A stretch of DNA of 64,000 nucleotides from a virus (taxonomy: Duplodnaviria; Caudoviricetes): positions 64,001 to 128,000 of IMG/VR virus record IMGVR_UViG_2840842423_000001; one strand, given 5' to 3'. The notes under the pieces are model-generated. The model ran no database searches. It was not told the DNA's origin and worked only from the letters and a program-made list of their open reading frames with translations. Position numbers and translations under genes: made by a program. The stretch's first letter is position 1, and every line of letters begins with the position of its first letter. This document shows positions 43,594 through 54,520 of the stretch, piece by piece.

Positions 43594-46500
43594 ATGAATA
43601 AAAAGAACAAAAGGATTCTCAAAGAAGCATTCATATATTTCGGAGTTTTCGTTGGTTTAATTGCATTAGTTATGGGAATCTTAGCGTTAGCGGCATTAGA
43701 AAGTATGGTTCTATTTGTGATAGTGTCATTGATCGTTATTTTTATCTTATGCTATGTAATGGCTTGGTTGGGAAATAATTATTGAAGATTAAAATATAAA
43801 CAATACTATAATAAAAGGTCAATTTTAATTAAAGGAGGGTGAGTACAGATGTTTATTAAAAATGAAATAGAACTACACCAGAATAGCGTTGATCATATAG
43901 AAGAAACGTTCGCAATGTATACAGAGATATATCAAATAAGCGAACAAATAAAGAATCCAATTATGCATATGTATCCGATCAAAGATACTTATGATCCTGA
44001 TGGTGGACTCAGTGGATACATTGACGCTTTATTTTTCAAGATGAATGTGTACGACACAGAGAATATGACAGTTTACAAAGACGAGAATCTTCATGATGGG
44101 ATTCTACCTTTTAAAGAGTTAAATGTGTCTCAGATTAAAATCTTTAAAGACTTGAGTACTATGATTGTATTAAGAGGTGAGTATGCTATTTCAACCCATC
44201 ATACAGATGTTAATATTTACATTAAGGAATAATTTATCCAATGCTTGACTATAACTAAATAATATTATATACTGTATTAATATACGGAATTGATTTACAA
44301 ATAATATAAAAGGAGGAATAAATTAAATGGATAAAACAATTAAAAGAATCATAATCACATTAGCAACAATTTTACTACTATCGGGTGTATTTGCAGTAGG
44401 AGCATACGCAAGTGCAACATGGCTATCGTTTGAGGGTGATGAGAAGGTAAGTAACACAGAAAGTAATATTGATGAGATTATGGATATTCTACGTCAGGTG
44501 AATGAGGATAAATTGTCTGCTGAGGAAGCTTTGGAGGAATTAGAGGATATGAATCCTCCGGGATTAGTTGAGCAGATTAAAGAACTAGAAGAACAGATTG
44601 AAGTGTTGAAAGATGAGAAACAAGTGTTAGTAGATGAGAATGAAGCTTTAAATGAGTATGTAGAACATTTGGAAACAGAGTTGACTAGAGCAAATGAGAA
44701 AGTTGATGGATTGAGTGGTAGGTCGGAAGATGCTGTGGAAGAAGCTAGAGAGATTGTTGGAGAGTAATTGATTGTGAAATTAGTAAATTAGTAGCTGACA
44801 ATAAAATAATAATGTTATATAATTAAGTCAGATGAGAAAAGGAGGTGCTTAAATGGAATACACTACACGTCCAAAATCGTATGAGCAATCTATCAAAGAG
44901 AAAGTCGAAATATTCTTCAAGGTGTTGACAGGTGGTATTTATATTGTGGAGAAGGATCGGCATGATGTATTTGGCGAAGGAGCTTTTGTAACAACTGAGG
45001 AGTTGGTAAAAGTGTTAAATACATCAGCAATGACAATTGGAATTTATACTGGAAGAGGAATTAAGGTGGTAACCAATAATGAAGATGAGTTGAATTCGAT
45101 TGCGGGAAATGAGAGTGATATGTATTTGGAAAGAAGTCGAGGGATTGATTACATGTAAGATGGAGGAGGCAATAAGGTGATCTCAGAGAAGATTAATGAG
45201 ATGGTGAACGAAGAAGTTGGAAGAGTTATTGGCGATAAAATAGCAGAATTAGACGAAGCGAGAAAACATTTATGCGATGTAGAAGAGAAAACTCGTTATT
45301 TAGACAATGATAACTATGAATTAAATCAGAAAGTAAGATCATTGAGCAAAGCAGAGGATCTCATCGCTAAATTTACACCTTTGGTAAACAAAGACAACTT
45401 TGAGGATTTTCTGGATAGTTTAAATTTAGAAGGTACAGGAATTGTAATAGATGGAATGGATAGTGGAAAGATTCCTGTATGGTTTCAAGCAGTGGTGAAA
45501 TATTATGATCATAAAGAATTGGTTATTAGTTTAATGAATTTGTTTAATATTGACTATCCTAACTGGGCTGCAAATTTCAAGTTACCATATGATTACAATG
45601 AAGAAGAATTGGATTTATTCTTTAGGAATATTAGCTATGCTAGTGTGACTAATGGTGCAGATTTTCAACATAATACAGGTTTCTTTTATGAAAAACTAAA
45701 GAGAAACAATGGTGATGTGAAGCTGTTGTTGACAAAATCTGATTACTTTAATATTCCATGGAATTTGTTATTGCAGAATAAATTGTTAGTTACAGGTGAA
45801 TATTTCAATAAGATTCTAAATGAGTTGAAAGAGAATAGCATGGGTTACATGAATTCATTTAACTTTTTCTACATACAAAAGTATCAAGAGTTAAGCAGTT
45901 ATCAAGTGTCGCAAATGTTGGATTTACTACCTGAGAAAAGGTTAATGGATTGTCATAGAGCATTTATTAATCAAAATGTAGATATATTCAAAATTAAACC
46001 TGAGTTGGTAAATAGATTCTTGAATAAGATTAGTGATAATCAATTCTCTACATTTTATTATTTAAATTATCCAGTGGAGATACAGAAGGATTATGTTAAA
46101 GATTACACTGAAAGATATGGATATAGAGATAAATTTGAAATGGTGAAGAAGATGGATATTAGTAAAGAGGATAAGATAAAATTGCTTAGTGAGATTGCTG
46201 AGATGGAGTTGGGAGAATCAGAGGATTGATAGAAAATACGATATAATGGAAAGGGGATGGAGACAATGGTAGAAATAATGGGGCAAAATTTAGATAATGC
46301 ATTTGAACAATTAGATGTTAATGCAGACAGGATGGTTGAAACAGAAGAAACTAAATTGCAAGTTTGGCAAATGTCTGAATTAGAGTTTGATAGGTTAGCG
46401 GCTATTCCCGATGAAGATTGGCATGAAGATTTCGGATGGTGGCGTAATGGCAGATGTATTTATGAAGGACGTGCAACTACTGAATACATTGTCAATGGTG

Positions 46501-48880
46501 AAAAAATGCTGGGATATGGATCTGATATGGAGTTATTCGGGAATGAATTTATAACCTATTCTCAATGGTTTAATGAAGCGATGAATCTATCCACAGATAC
46601 GAATCTCGTTATATTCGCAAAGAGTTTAGCAAGTGATAATGGAATGAGTTTATCTGAGTTTATTTCCAAATATGAGAAGTAATATATTGCGGTTCAAATA
46701 AAAGATGGCTTTTATATGAATTAATCAGAGAGGATGATAACAATGAGTAGTGCAGAATTGGAAATTGCAAGAGAACAAAGAGCATGGGAGAAATATTGGA
46801 AAAGTTATCGAAGTAGTTTGTTTTGTGAAAACTGTGAAAAGAAAATACCTGAATCGTTTTTCTCTCTTTCATATTGTTCTCAATTGTGTAGAGATAAATC
46901 ATGAACCGATGCCCTAACGAAATTGGAACATACAAAGGCTGTATATACCTTGAGTTCCCTAAACACATGTTGAAAGAATACGATGGATTCTATGAAACCG
47001 TATTTGGATGTGATGTTGATTACTGTATTGCTGGTGAGATTCAGGATTTGTGGGATCAAGGTGTTACAACATATGGCTCTTGTTGTGGTCATGGGATCAA
47101 TGAAGGAATGATAAATGTGGATGAGAAAGATGTATCTAAGATGTATAAACTGGGTTATAAATTGTTTCCATCTCAAAAAGGGATGTATCCATATACTTTT
47201 ATTCCGAAGTCTCGACATAAGTAAGGTGGTGAATACGCAGTGTTAAAAATATTTGAAACCAAAAATAAGAAAGAACATGATAATGTGATGGAACATCTAA
47301 ATAATTGGGCATCTCAAATGTATAGTAGTGAATATGATAGATGTATGAAAGTAGCTAAATCACGCAATGAAAATGTTGTTGCTATTTTTGATGATTGGTG
47401 GCATGGTAAGCGTGTGTATACTGATGAGTATAGATTAAAATATTCTAAAGATGATTATGATAATGCAAGTGGTATTATATTAGAAACTGTTTCTAATGGA
47501 TTTGGGTAACAAATGGAGATGATTATAGATGGATGTAGAATGGAAGATGAATGGTGAGATTGTGATTAAGCTTAGAGAAGATGATTTGTTGGATGAAGAT
47601 AAGAGACAGAAGATAGCTGAGTTTATATCGGAGCAGTTAGGGTTTCAGGTATGCGATGTTAAACAAACAGTAGAAAGGAGAATAAATATGGGAGATTGGC
47701 TAACTACTGGGCAAATGATTGATAAGTTAAAGGTTGGTGAGAGAGCAGATTCTGTTAAAAAGTTTACAGGTTATAATGTCACAAAAACAAATCGAGGAAT
47801 AGTTTTTGGTGATGGTGAGCCTTTATTTATGAATAGTGTGGCATTAGATATTAAGTGGAAAATCACTCCAGTGTATGTGACTTTTGAAGAGGCGATGAAA
47901 GCATTGAAAGAAGGTAAAGAAAAAGTTTTCTTTCATGATGGAGAATGGAAAGCACACGTAGTTTATGATGAGTGGATTGAAAATAGTTATGTCAGTGGAT
48001 ATACATTTGAACAGCTATTAACAGGAAATTGGACTGTTGAAGACTGAATGAATTTCAATTTACACATGGAAGGTGATAGTCAATCATAGACTTAATAGAT
48101 GCAGTTACATATGCACTGAAAGAAACAAAATGGAGTTTGCCAAATATAAATAAAAATACAGAGGAGAGAGTGAATATGAGTAAAATTACACCTACGAAAG
48201 AAAAGTATGAGGAAGCGTGGGAGATTGTGCAGCGATACGAGGATAGACAAAAGGATTTAGCAAAGTTGAACAAGGATTTAGGATTCTGTTTGAAACAATT
48301 TGTTCAGTTTAAATTTGATGTGAATGAGGGCAAAGGCGAGGTTACGTTTAGTGGATTGACTAAAAGTGGAGAATTGAAACTGACTAAGAGTGCAGTGAGA
48401 CATGGAGATAAGTTTGAAGATGTTATTGGGAAATTGATTTGTGTCAAACGTGCGATTGGAGAAGATGTAGAATATTTAGAAAGATATATCGAAGGCGAAC
48501 TGATTATAGGAGTGTTACATACTGATATAGTCAATGGATTGGCTTTAAGAAATCCATTGGGGAATGGAAAAACTTATTACAAAGCATAAAAATAATTAAA
48601 AGAAATTTTAAATCTGGTTGACTATAGGTAAATAATATTATATAATGTATATAGAGTAGTTGGTTCTATTAATTTTAAGGTGGTGAGATAAATGACAAAT
48701 AACGCAGAGAATGCCATTAACATTATTAAAGGTGCTACAGTATATGGTGCTTTAAATTCTTCAGAGATTGTTACTAGAGAGGATGGGAGTACAACTTATA
48801 CTCAGAAGAATGAACATGGACATACACAAGTTGACGTATCATTTGATGGGATTGAGATCAGTATGAAGAAGTATCAATAA
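43594..48880 (+). CDS. Hypothetical genes (43594-43785 membrane, 43849-44232, 44853-45158, 45177-46229, 46257-46682, 46743-46904 Zn-finger, 47240-47509, 47529-48047, ~48176-48589, 48692-48880)
   Basis: Co-oriented ORFs with RBS behind class II promoters. Confidence 0.68.
44327..44767 (+). CDS. Secreted acidic coiled-coil protein
   Basis: Signal peptide ending AYA; long heptad-rich acidic region; own class II promoter. Confidence 0.7.
   Translation: MDKTIKRIIITLATILLLSGVFAVGAYASATWLSFEGDEKVSNTESNIDEIMDILRQVNEDKLSAEEALEELEDMNPPGLVEQIKELEEQIEVLKDEKQVLVDENEALNEYVEHLETELTRANEKVDGLSGRSEDAVEEAREIVGE
46901..47224 (+). CDS. Second TYW3-like-motif protein
   Basis: VDYCIAGEIQDLWDQGVTTYGSCCGHG. Confidence 0.6.
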   Translation: MNRCPNEIGTYKGCIYLEFPKHMLKEYDGFYETVFGCDVDYCIAGEIQDLWDQGVTTYGSCCGHGINEGMINVDEKDVSKMYKLGYKLFPSQKGMYPYTFIPKSRHK

Positions 48881-49177
48881 ATGAACAATATTATATATAA
48901 TACGTTCGGAGAGAGGGTGAGGTAAATGGAAGATAGATTAAGTAAATTGGAATCAGAGGTTGATTCGTTACACAGCGTTGTTAAGCAGCTTAGTTCAGGT
49001 TTGAGTGAAAGAATCAGTAATGTGGAAGCTGATTTAGATTCTCTTGCTGGGCAAGTGGCATTGAAAAGTGATGCGCACTGATTGATAGGAGTTTTAATGG
49101 TAAATTAATAATATATAATTGTTTTGTAGTATATAGAGCAAAAATAAAATTAGAAGAAAAAGGGAGATTGAATACAT

Positions 49178-50122
49178 ATGACAACAGAAAACAATGGTAA
49201 TACAACGATCCGTGAGGCAAAGAATATTGTGACCGTGGAAGGTTTGTTACTTGAAATGGAAAGTCGAGAAGGAACTTCGGCTGCGGGCAAGGATTTCCTT
49301 TCGGCTAAATTAACTGTAGCAACAAATGAAGAAAAAACAGAACAACATGTCATCGAATTGTTTTCAATGAAATTGAAGGCAGACGGAAATGTGAATGGTA
49401 TCTACAGTAGCTTAAAGACTGTTGTTGATGAGTATAAATCGGTAGCACAGCACGGAGATCAGGCTGATTATGTGCGAACTACAACTGGTAAAATTGCCCT
49501 GAACGACTATGTGGGTGGAGATGGACAATTAAAATCGTTTCCTCAAATTAGTGCAACATTTGTAAATCGTTTAGACGCAGGCGAGGAACCGAATTACCAT
49601 GCAGGCTTTGAAACGGAACTAGTTGTATCCAAGGTAGTTGAGGAAATTAACCAAGATGAAGAAGAGACTGGTAGAGTTAAATTAGGTGGATATATTCCAT
49701 TATATGGTGGAAAAGTAATTCCATTTGAATTTGTAGTCAATGAAGATGGATCACCTTACGTACTGGATAATTATGAAAATGGTGACACTGTTTTCGTTTA
49801 TGGAGATATTATCAACTTTAAAGAGAAGACTGTGAAGACTATTGAGTCGGCGTTTGGCGCAGATAAACAGGAAGTAAATTACAAAACGACCAGATCTTGG
49901 ACTGTGAGTGGTGGTGTCGAACCATACGAAGAAGATAATGTTAATACATATAATGTAGATGCTATTAAGAAAGCGTTAGCTGAGCGAGAAGTTTACTTAG
50001 AAGGATTGAAAGAAAAAAAGAAAAAAGGTGGAGAGAAGAAGAAAGGCGGATTTGATACAAAGAGTAAGACTAAGAAGAAATCTGGGGCTGCCAGTATAGA
50101 CCAGGATTCACTACCTTTTTGA
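49178..50122 (+). CDS. Putative single-stranded DNA-binding protein, SPbeta YorF-like
   Basis: Beta-rich tandem OB-like domains, Lys/Gly tail ending DSLPF; lies upstream of the YorG-like ATPase. Confidence 0.65.
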   Translation: MTTENNGNTTIREAKNIVTVEGLLLEMESREGTSAAGKDFLSAKLTVATNEEKTEQHVIELFSMKLKADGNVNGIYSSLKTVVDEYKSVAQHGDQADYVRTTTGKIALNDYVGGDGQLKSFPQISATFVNRLDAGEEPNYHAGFETELVVSKVVEEINQDEEETGRVKLGGYIPLYGGKVIPFEFVVNEDGSPYVLDNYENGDTVFVYGDIINFKEKTVKTIESAFGADKQEVNYKTTRSWTVSGGVEPYEEDNVNTYNVDAIKKALAEREVYLEGLKEKKKKGGEKKKGGFDTKSKTKKKSGAASIDQDSLPF

Positions 50123-50251
50123 TAGCAATAATGAGGTAAATAATACATATGATATGTTTAGTTATTTAGAAGTTGATCCATGGTGGATGAATGTAATGGG
50201 GTATTAATAACCAAATAATGATATATTATATAACGGAAGGAGGTGGTTTCG

Positions 50252-51439
50252 ATCACCAACAAACAAGAAGAAAGAGAGAAAAGAATTATACAAGGAATAA
50301 AAGATGCGCAAAAACTAATCCAATGTGAAGACAGGATGCCGAGCGCTACTGAATTAAGCAATAATAACTATGAATGGTTAAGAAGCTTGATTGGGACTAA
50401 CGGTGGATTTAAAAGGTGGTCAAAAGAGCTAGAACTCCCATTAAAAGATTATAGAAAAACAGGAGCAACTGACGAAGAAATTGAACAAGAGATACGAGAT
50501 GTAATGAAAAAAGGTAATTTTAACAGAATGATGACCAAAAAAGAAATTAGAGAAGCTAGTGGAAACAACTCTCTTAATTCTAGAATTGATAGAACATATG
50601 GCTATTCAGGTTGGGCAAAACGTCTAGGGGTTGACATGAAAACCCGAGAGGGCTATTCTGAACCAAAAGAAAAACAAGAGCTTCAGATTAAAGAAGGAAT
50701 TAAAGAGGCACAAAAAGAACTAATGATTGAAAGAATGCCCACATCTTTAGAGTTGAGAAGTGGCAGGTTTGGTCGGTTAAATTCACTCATTACGAAAAAC
50801 AAAGGTTTCCTATACTGGGCAAAAGAACTGAACCTTGAGAGGAAACAAGGAAGTCCCACCAAAAGAATGAATGATAGTGAAATCGTTAGTGCGATCAAGA
50901 TCATCCTAAGCTCTCTTAGCATAGACAGAATGCCTTCTTCTTCTGAAGTTCACCAGTCTGAGTTTGGTGGAAAACTACATAACAGCATTGTTAGAACATA
51001 CGGCTATAGAGAATGGGCAAAGAAGTTGAGCCTAAAGTTAAAAGAATCAGAAACTCAACTTGGCAATGATTATGAGCGTATAGTCGTTGATATGTTAAGA
51101 GATAAAGGGTACGAGGTTGACAAAATGACAACTAATCACCCTTTCGACCTACTAGTTAACAAATCTATAAAAGTTGATACTAAAGTTGCTAATCCACATA
51201 TGTTAAAAGGGAAAGACAGGGTTCACACTTTTGCAACGAACAAAAGATTTGGTTCTTGTGATTTATACATAATGGTAGCTTTGGATGAAAAAGAAGAAAT
51301 AGAGAAAGTGTTGATTATACCAAGTCACAGGCTGCAAATCGTTACACTTTGTATTGGCAGAAATAGTAAGTATGATGTGTATGACTATCGGTTTGATATG
51401 ATAGATAAGTACACCGAGTTTTTTGACTTAATTAAGTAA
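50252..51439 (+). CDS. Free-standing PD-(D/E)XK endonuclease with four tandem N-terminal repeats (homing-endonuclease-like)
   Basis: Repeats RMPS/RMMT/RMPT/RMPS...G+..W.K.L.L; C-terminal YE...PFDLLVN..KVDTK; AAGGAGGTG points to ATC 50252 as start. Confidence 0.7.
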   Translation: MTNKQEEREKRIIQGIKDAQKLIQCEDRMPSATELSNNNYEWLRSLIGTNGGFKRWSKELELPLKDYRKTGATDEEIEQEIRDVMKKGNFNRMMTKKEIREASGNNSLNSRIDRTYGYSGWAKRLGVDMKTREGYSEPKEKQELQIKEGIKEAQKELMIERMPTSLELRSGRFGRLNSLITKNKGFLYWAKELNLERKQGSPTKRMNDSEIVSAIKIILSSLSIDRMPSSSEVHQSEFGGKLHNSIVRTYGYREWAKKLSLKLKESETQLGNDYERIVVDMLRDKGYEVDKMTTNHPFDLLVNKSIKVDTKVANPHMLKGKDRVHTFATNKRFGSCDLYIMVALDEKEEIEKVLIIPSHRLQIVTLCIGRNSKYDVYDYRFDMIDKYTEFFDLIK

Positions 51440-51478
51440 TACATATGAATAAACAATAATATAACAGGGGATTTTTGA

Positions 51479-51910
51479 TTGGCTAAAATTTTAGGATTAA
51501 AACATAAATATTCGGACATGTATGAGTCAATTTACTATTATAATGATGCTCTACTATCAGACGGAATAGTGTTTAAAGAAGAAAATACCGATTATGAAGA
51601 TAGGAATGGCAACCTACAGATTAGAGCAGAGCTTAATATAAAAGTTATTGACGAGAATGACGCACAACATTTAGGAATATATTGTGGAGATATATTAGAC
51701 AAAATTCAAACACATCTAATGCTTAAAGAAATACTGGGATGGTATGAAAGTTATTCAAGAGAAGAGTTTGTAAAATTATTGCAGGAGTTTTCATCAACTT
51801 CCATGACTTCAAAATCTCAAAGTACAAAAGCACACCAAGATAATATAAGGCAGTGGGTTGAAGAAGAATTTGAGTTTGTTGAGAATGACGATCTTGGTCA
51901 CACTGACTAA
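51479..51910 (+). CDS. Hypothetical protein
   Basis: 143-aa ORF with TTG start. Confidence 0.6.
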   Translation: MAKILGLKHKYSDMYESIYYYNDALLSDGIVFKEENTDYEDRNGNLQIRAELNIKVIDENDAQHLGIYCGDILDKIQTHLMLKEILGWYESYSREEFVKLLQEFSSTSMTSKSQSTKAHQDNIRQWVEEEFEFVENDDLGHTD

Positions 51911-51966
51911 AAATAATTTCAATACATTGCTAAAAAATAAAAAAGGATAAGAAGGAGAAATGTTAA

Positions 51967-52950
51967 ATGTCATTAGATATATTTGCGCCTAGTAAAAGTG
52001 TAGTTAGTAAGGGGTTATTTGGGAAGAAAATTATGGTATATGGTTTTAATGATTTAGGCAAAACTTATCAGACTTCACGGATGGAAAAACCATATTTTCT
52101 CAGTTTTGAAAAAGGCTTGTCGGCAATAGACGGTGTTCCATTTGCCAATATTAAAAAGTGGTCGGATTTCACAAAGGTGCTAAAACAGTTCGCCAGAAAC
52201 TCTGAGAAAGCAAAAGAGCTTTATCAAACCATTATCATTGACGGAACAGACATCATGGCTAAGTATTGCGAGAAGTATGTTAGTAACGCTTACGGTGTTA
52301 ACCGAATTAAGGACGGAAATGAGGGGTTCGGTTTATGGAAGGAACTGGAAACGGAGTTATTCTTTGCAATTGATGAATTGATTTCACTTGATTTTACAGT
52401 TGTTTTTATCGCTCATGAAATGGTAGAGAGTAAAGACAGTGATAGAAAAGTTCCTAAAGGTGACAAGCGATTAATGCCTTTAATTCAAGACAATTGTGAC
52501 TATGTGATCTACCTAAAAGGAAATAATGTGGACGAAGACAATAATGTTATTCTTTCATCAGCTTATACTGTGCAAACTGACGAATTTTTTGCTAGAAGTC
52601 GTTTTACTCAAACACCACCATTTATAGAAGAATTCACCGCAGAGAATCTAGAAGCTGCCATTGTTGAGGGAATCGAGAAGGAAAGTAAGGTTCAAGGGTT
52701 TAGTTTAGTAAGCGAAGATGAGAAGCGAAACGTGTACAAAGAAACTAAATTAAACTACGACGAACTAATGTCTGAAATCAAACAGGTTGGAGGACAATTG
52801 GTTGAAATTGACAAGTTGGACGAAATGAATAATATCGCAGAGAAACAATTAGGTATTGGAAATAGAGTGACAGAATGTAAAAAAGGTCAAGAGGAAGTAA
52901 TGTCTGTCATCTTAGATGAAATGAAAGAGTTGCTTGAAGAAGCTGAATAG
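51967..52950 (+). CDS. AAA_24/Sak4-like ATPase, SPbeta YorG-like
   Basis: VYGFNDLGKT Walker A, TIIIDG, VFIAHE. Confidence 0.8.
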   Translation: MSLDIFAPSKSVVSKGLFGKKIMVYGFNDLGKTYQTSRMEKPYFLSFEKGLSAIDGVPFANIKKWSDFTKVLKQFARNSEKAKELYQTIIIDGTDIMAKYCEKYVSNAYGVNRIKDGNEGFGLWKELETELFFAIDELISLDFTVVFIAHEMVESKDSDRKVPKGDKRLMPLIQDNCDYVIYLKGNNVDEDNNVILSSAYTVQTDEFFARSRFTQTPPFIEEFTAENLEAAIVEGIEKESKVQGFSLVSEDEKRNVYKETKLNYDELMSEIKQVGGQLVEIDKLDEMNNIAEKQLGIGNRVTECKKGQEEVMSVILDEMKELLEEAE

Positions 52951-53106
52951 TTACCATTGACAATAACTAAATAATATTATATAATGTATTCAACAAGCAA
53001 TACATACACAACAAACAAAATAGGAGAGTATCCCACACGATCACTCTCCTATTTTCATTATCATCTACACTAACACATCTGCACCAGTAAAAGGAGGCGA
53101 CACACA

Positions 53107-53298
53107 ATCAACATACAACAAGCTTTACCATACATATTAATCTACACACCACTTATCATTCTCTACCTGTTATTCCTATTCTTCCCAACATCTAAACTGG
53201 GAAGTAGCCTAGCAGCTAAACTGTATCTTCACATAGAGGATAGTAAACAAATATTATACGACAGAATGGAAGAGGAGCATAACAAAAAGGATGAATAA
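53107..53298 (+). CDS. 63-aa membrane peptide with probable ATC start
   Basis: AAGGAGG 9 nt before ATC; ALPYILIYTPLIILYLLFLFFP TM segment, charged tail. Confidence 0.45.
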   Translation: MNIQQALPYILIYTPLIILYLLFLFFPTSKLGSSLAAKLYLHIEDSKQILYDRMEEEHNKKDE

Positions 53299-53402
53299 TA
53301 TCATATAAAATAATAGTAATATATCAGATATTCAAGCAAGTAGTCAAAAATATTGGAAATTCCGGTATGCAACTTTGACACAAAATGCGAAGGAGTGGAA
53401 GA

Positions 53403-53604
53403 ATTGAAAGAAAATGATTTTATAACAAGAGAAGAAGCATTAAAAGCTTTAAAAAAAGGAAAAAGAGTGCAATTTCATTGGAAAGATAAAGTTGCAGAAA
53501 TAAGCCCTGATACTACTCTTAACGAATTACGTTGGAACTTAATGGCTAATTTAAAACTCCTTGTAAGTGACGTTGTGAATGGTAAATATTCAATTATTAA
53601 TTAA
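53403..53604 (+). CDS. Small protein with T.EEALKALKKGKRV motif (DUF2829/Tad2-like N-terminus)
   Basis: AAGGAG RBS before TTG ~53404; flanked by family B sites. Confidence 0.5.
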
Positions 53605-53696
53605 TGTCGCATTCCGAACAAAGAATGAATTAAATAAAACACATATTTTAATTGAGCATTATAGTCAAATAATATTGTAATAAAGGAGTGAATTAG

Positions 53697-54485
53697 TTGA
53701 TTAAAGAAAACAGTGTAAACTGCTATGATGCAATTGATTTCATGAGAATGACATACGAAGAACTCGGAGACAATTCTGTTCAAATGTTCTTAGTTGATTT
53801 TCCATATACATTTAAAGGTAAAAATAGAGTAACAGCAAACAAATGGGATTTGCCTGTTGATGATAAAGAGTTCTTTGAGATTGCAACTAAGATGTTGGCT
53901 GATGATGGAGTTATCGCTTTGACTGCCACTAATCCATTTGCCAGCTATTTAATATCAAATCACTTAGACATGTTCAAGTATGAATGGATATGGGAGAAAG
54001 ACAATGGTAGTAACTTTATGCACACGAAATATCAACCAATGAAAGTACATGAGCAAGTATTGATCTTTGGTAAAAGTGCTACTACATATACTAAAAAGGG
54101 AAACAATATGAAATATAATCCACAATTCACTGAAGGAAAACCTTATGAAGTTAAACGTAAAGGGATGACAGAAAACTTAGCTACAGGAAAAGGATATGAG
54201 CGAACTAGTGGCAAGTATGAAGGTAAACGACATCCTAGAAGTGTTCAAAAGGTAAGCTTAGAGAGAGGTTTACATCCAACTCAGAAACCTGCTGGACTAT
54301 TTGAATTTTTAATTCGTACATACACAGATGAAAATGATATTGTAATAGATTGTTGTGCAGGAAGTGGAACGACAGCTATTGCAGCAATCGATTCAAATAG
54401 ACAATACATAGTGAATGACAATAGTTATGATTATGAAGTGCTAATAAATGATCGTATTGAAAAACATGTAAGCAAACCACGATGA
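53697..54485 (+). CDS. Orphan N4-cytosine/N6-adenine DNA methyltransferase (beta class)
   Basis: VDFPY (motif IV), FKYEWIWEK, HPTQKP, DCCAGSGTT (motif I). Confidence 0.9.
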   Translation: MIKENSVNCYDAIDFMRMTYEELGDNSVQMFLVDFPYTFKGKNRVTANKWDLPVDDKEFFEIATKMLADDGVIALTATNPFASYLISNHLDMFKYEWIWEKDNGSNFMHTKYQPMKVHEQVLIFGKSATTYTKKGNNMKYNPQFTEGKPYEVKRKGMTENLATGKGYERTSGKYEGKRHPRSVQKVSLERGLHPTQKPAGLFEFLIRTYTDENDIVIDCCAGSGTTAIAAIDSNRQYIVNDNSYDYEVLINDRIEKHVSKPR

Positions 54486-54520
54486 TTGTATAATACTATA
54501 AATTAAAGGAGGCACACAAA

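Larger units (their letters stand above)
29964..53625. repeat. Junction site family B, YGCAwwYYGA-N6/7-TGCGA
   Basis: 29971 TTGACAGAAAATGCGA; 30394 TTCGCATTCCGATTATGTTGCGAA; 39306-39327 ..CACGAATGCGA; 39504 TTGACAAAAATGCGA; 39721 GTTGTATTCCGA; 46226 TTGATAGAAAATACGA; 53375 TTGACACAAAATGCGA; 53606 GTCGCATTCCGA. Confidence 0.6.
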
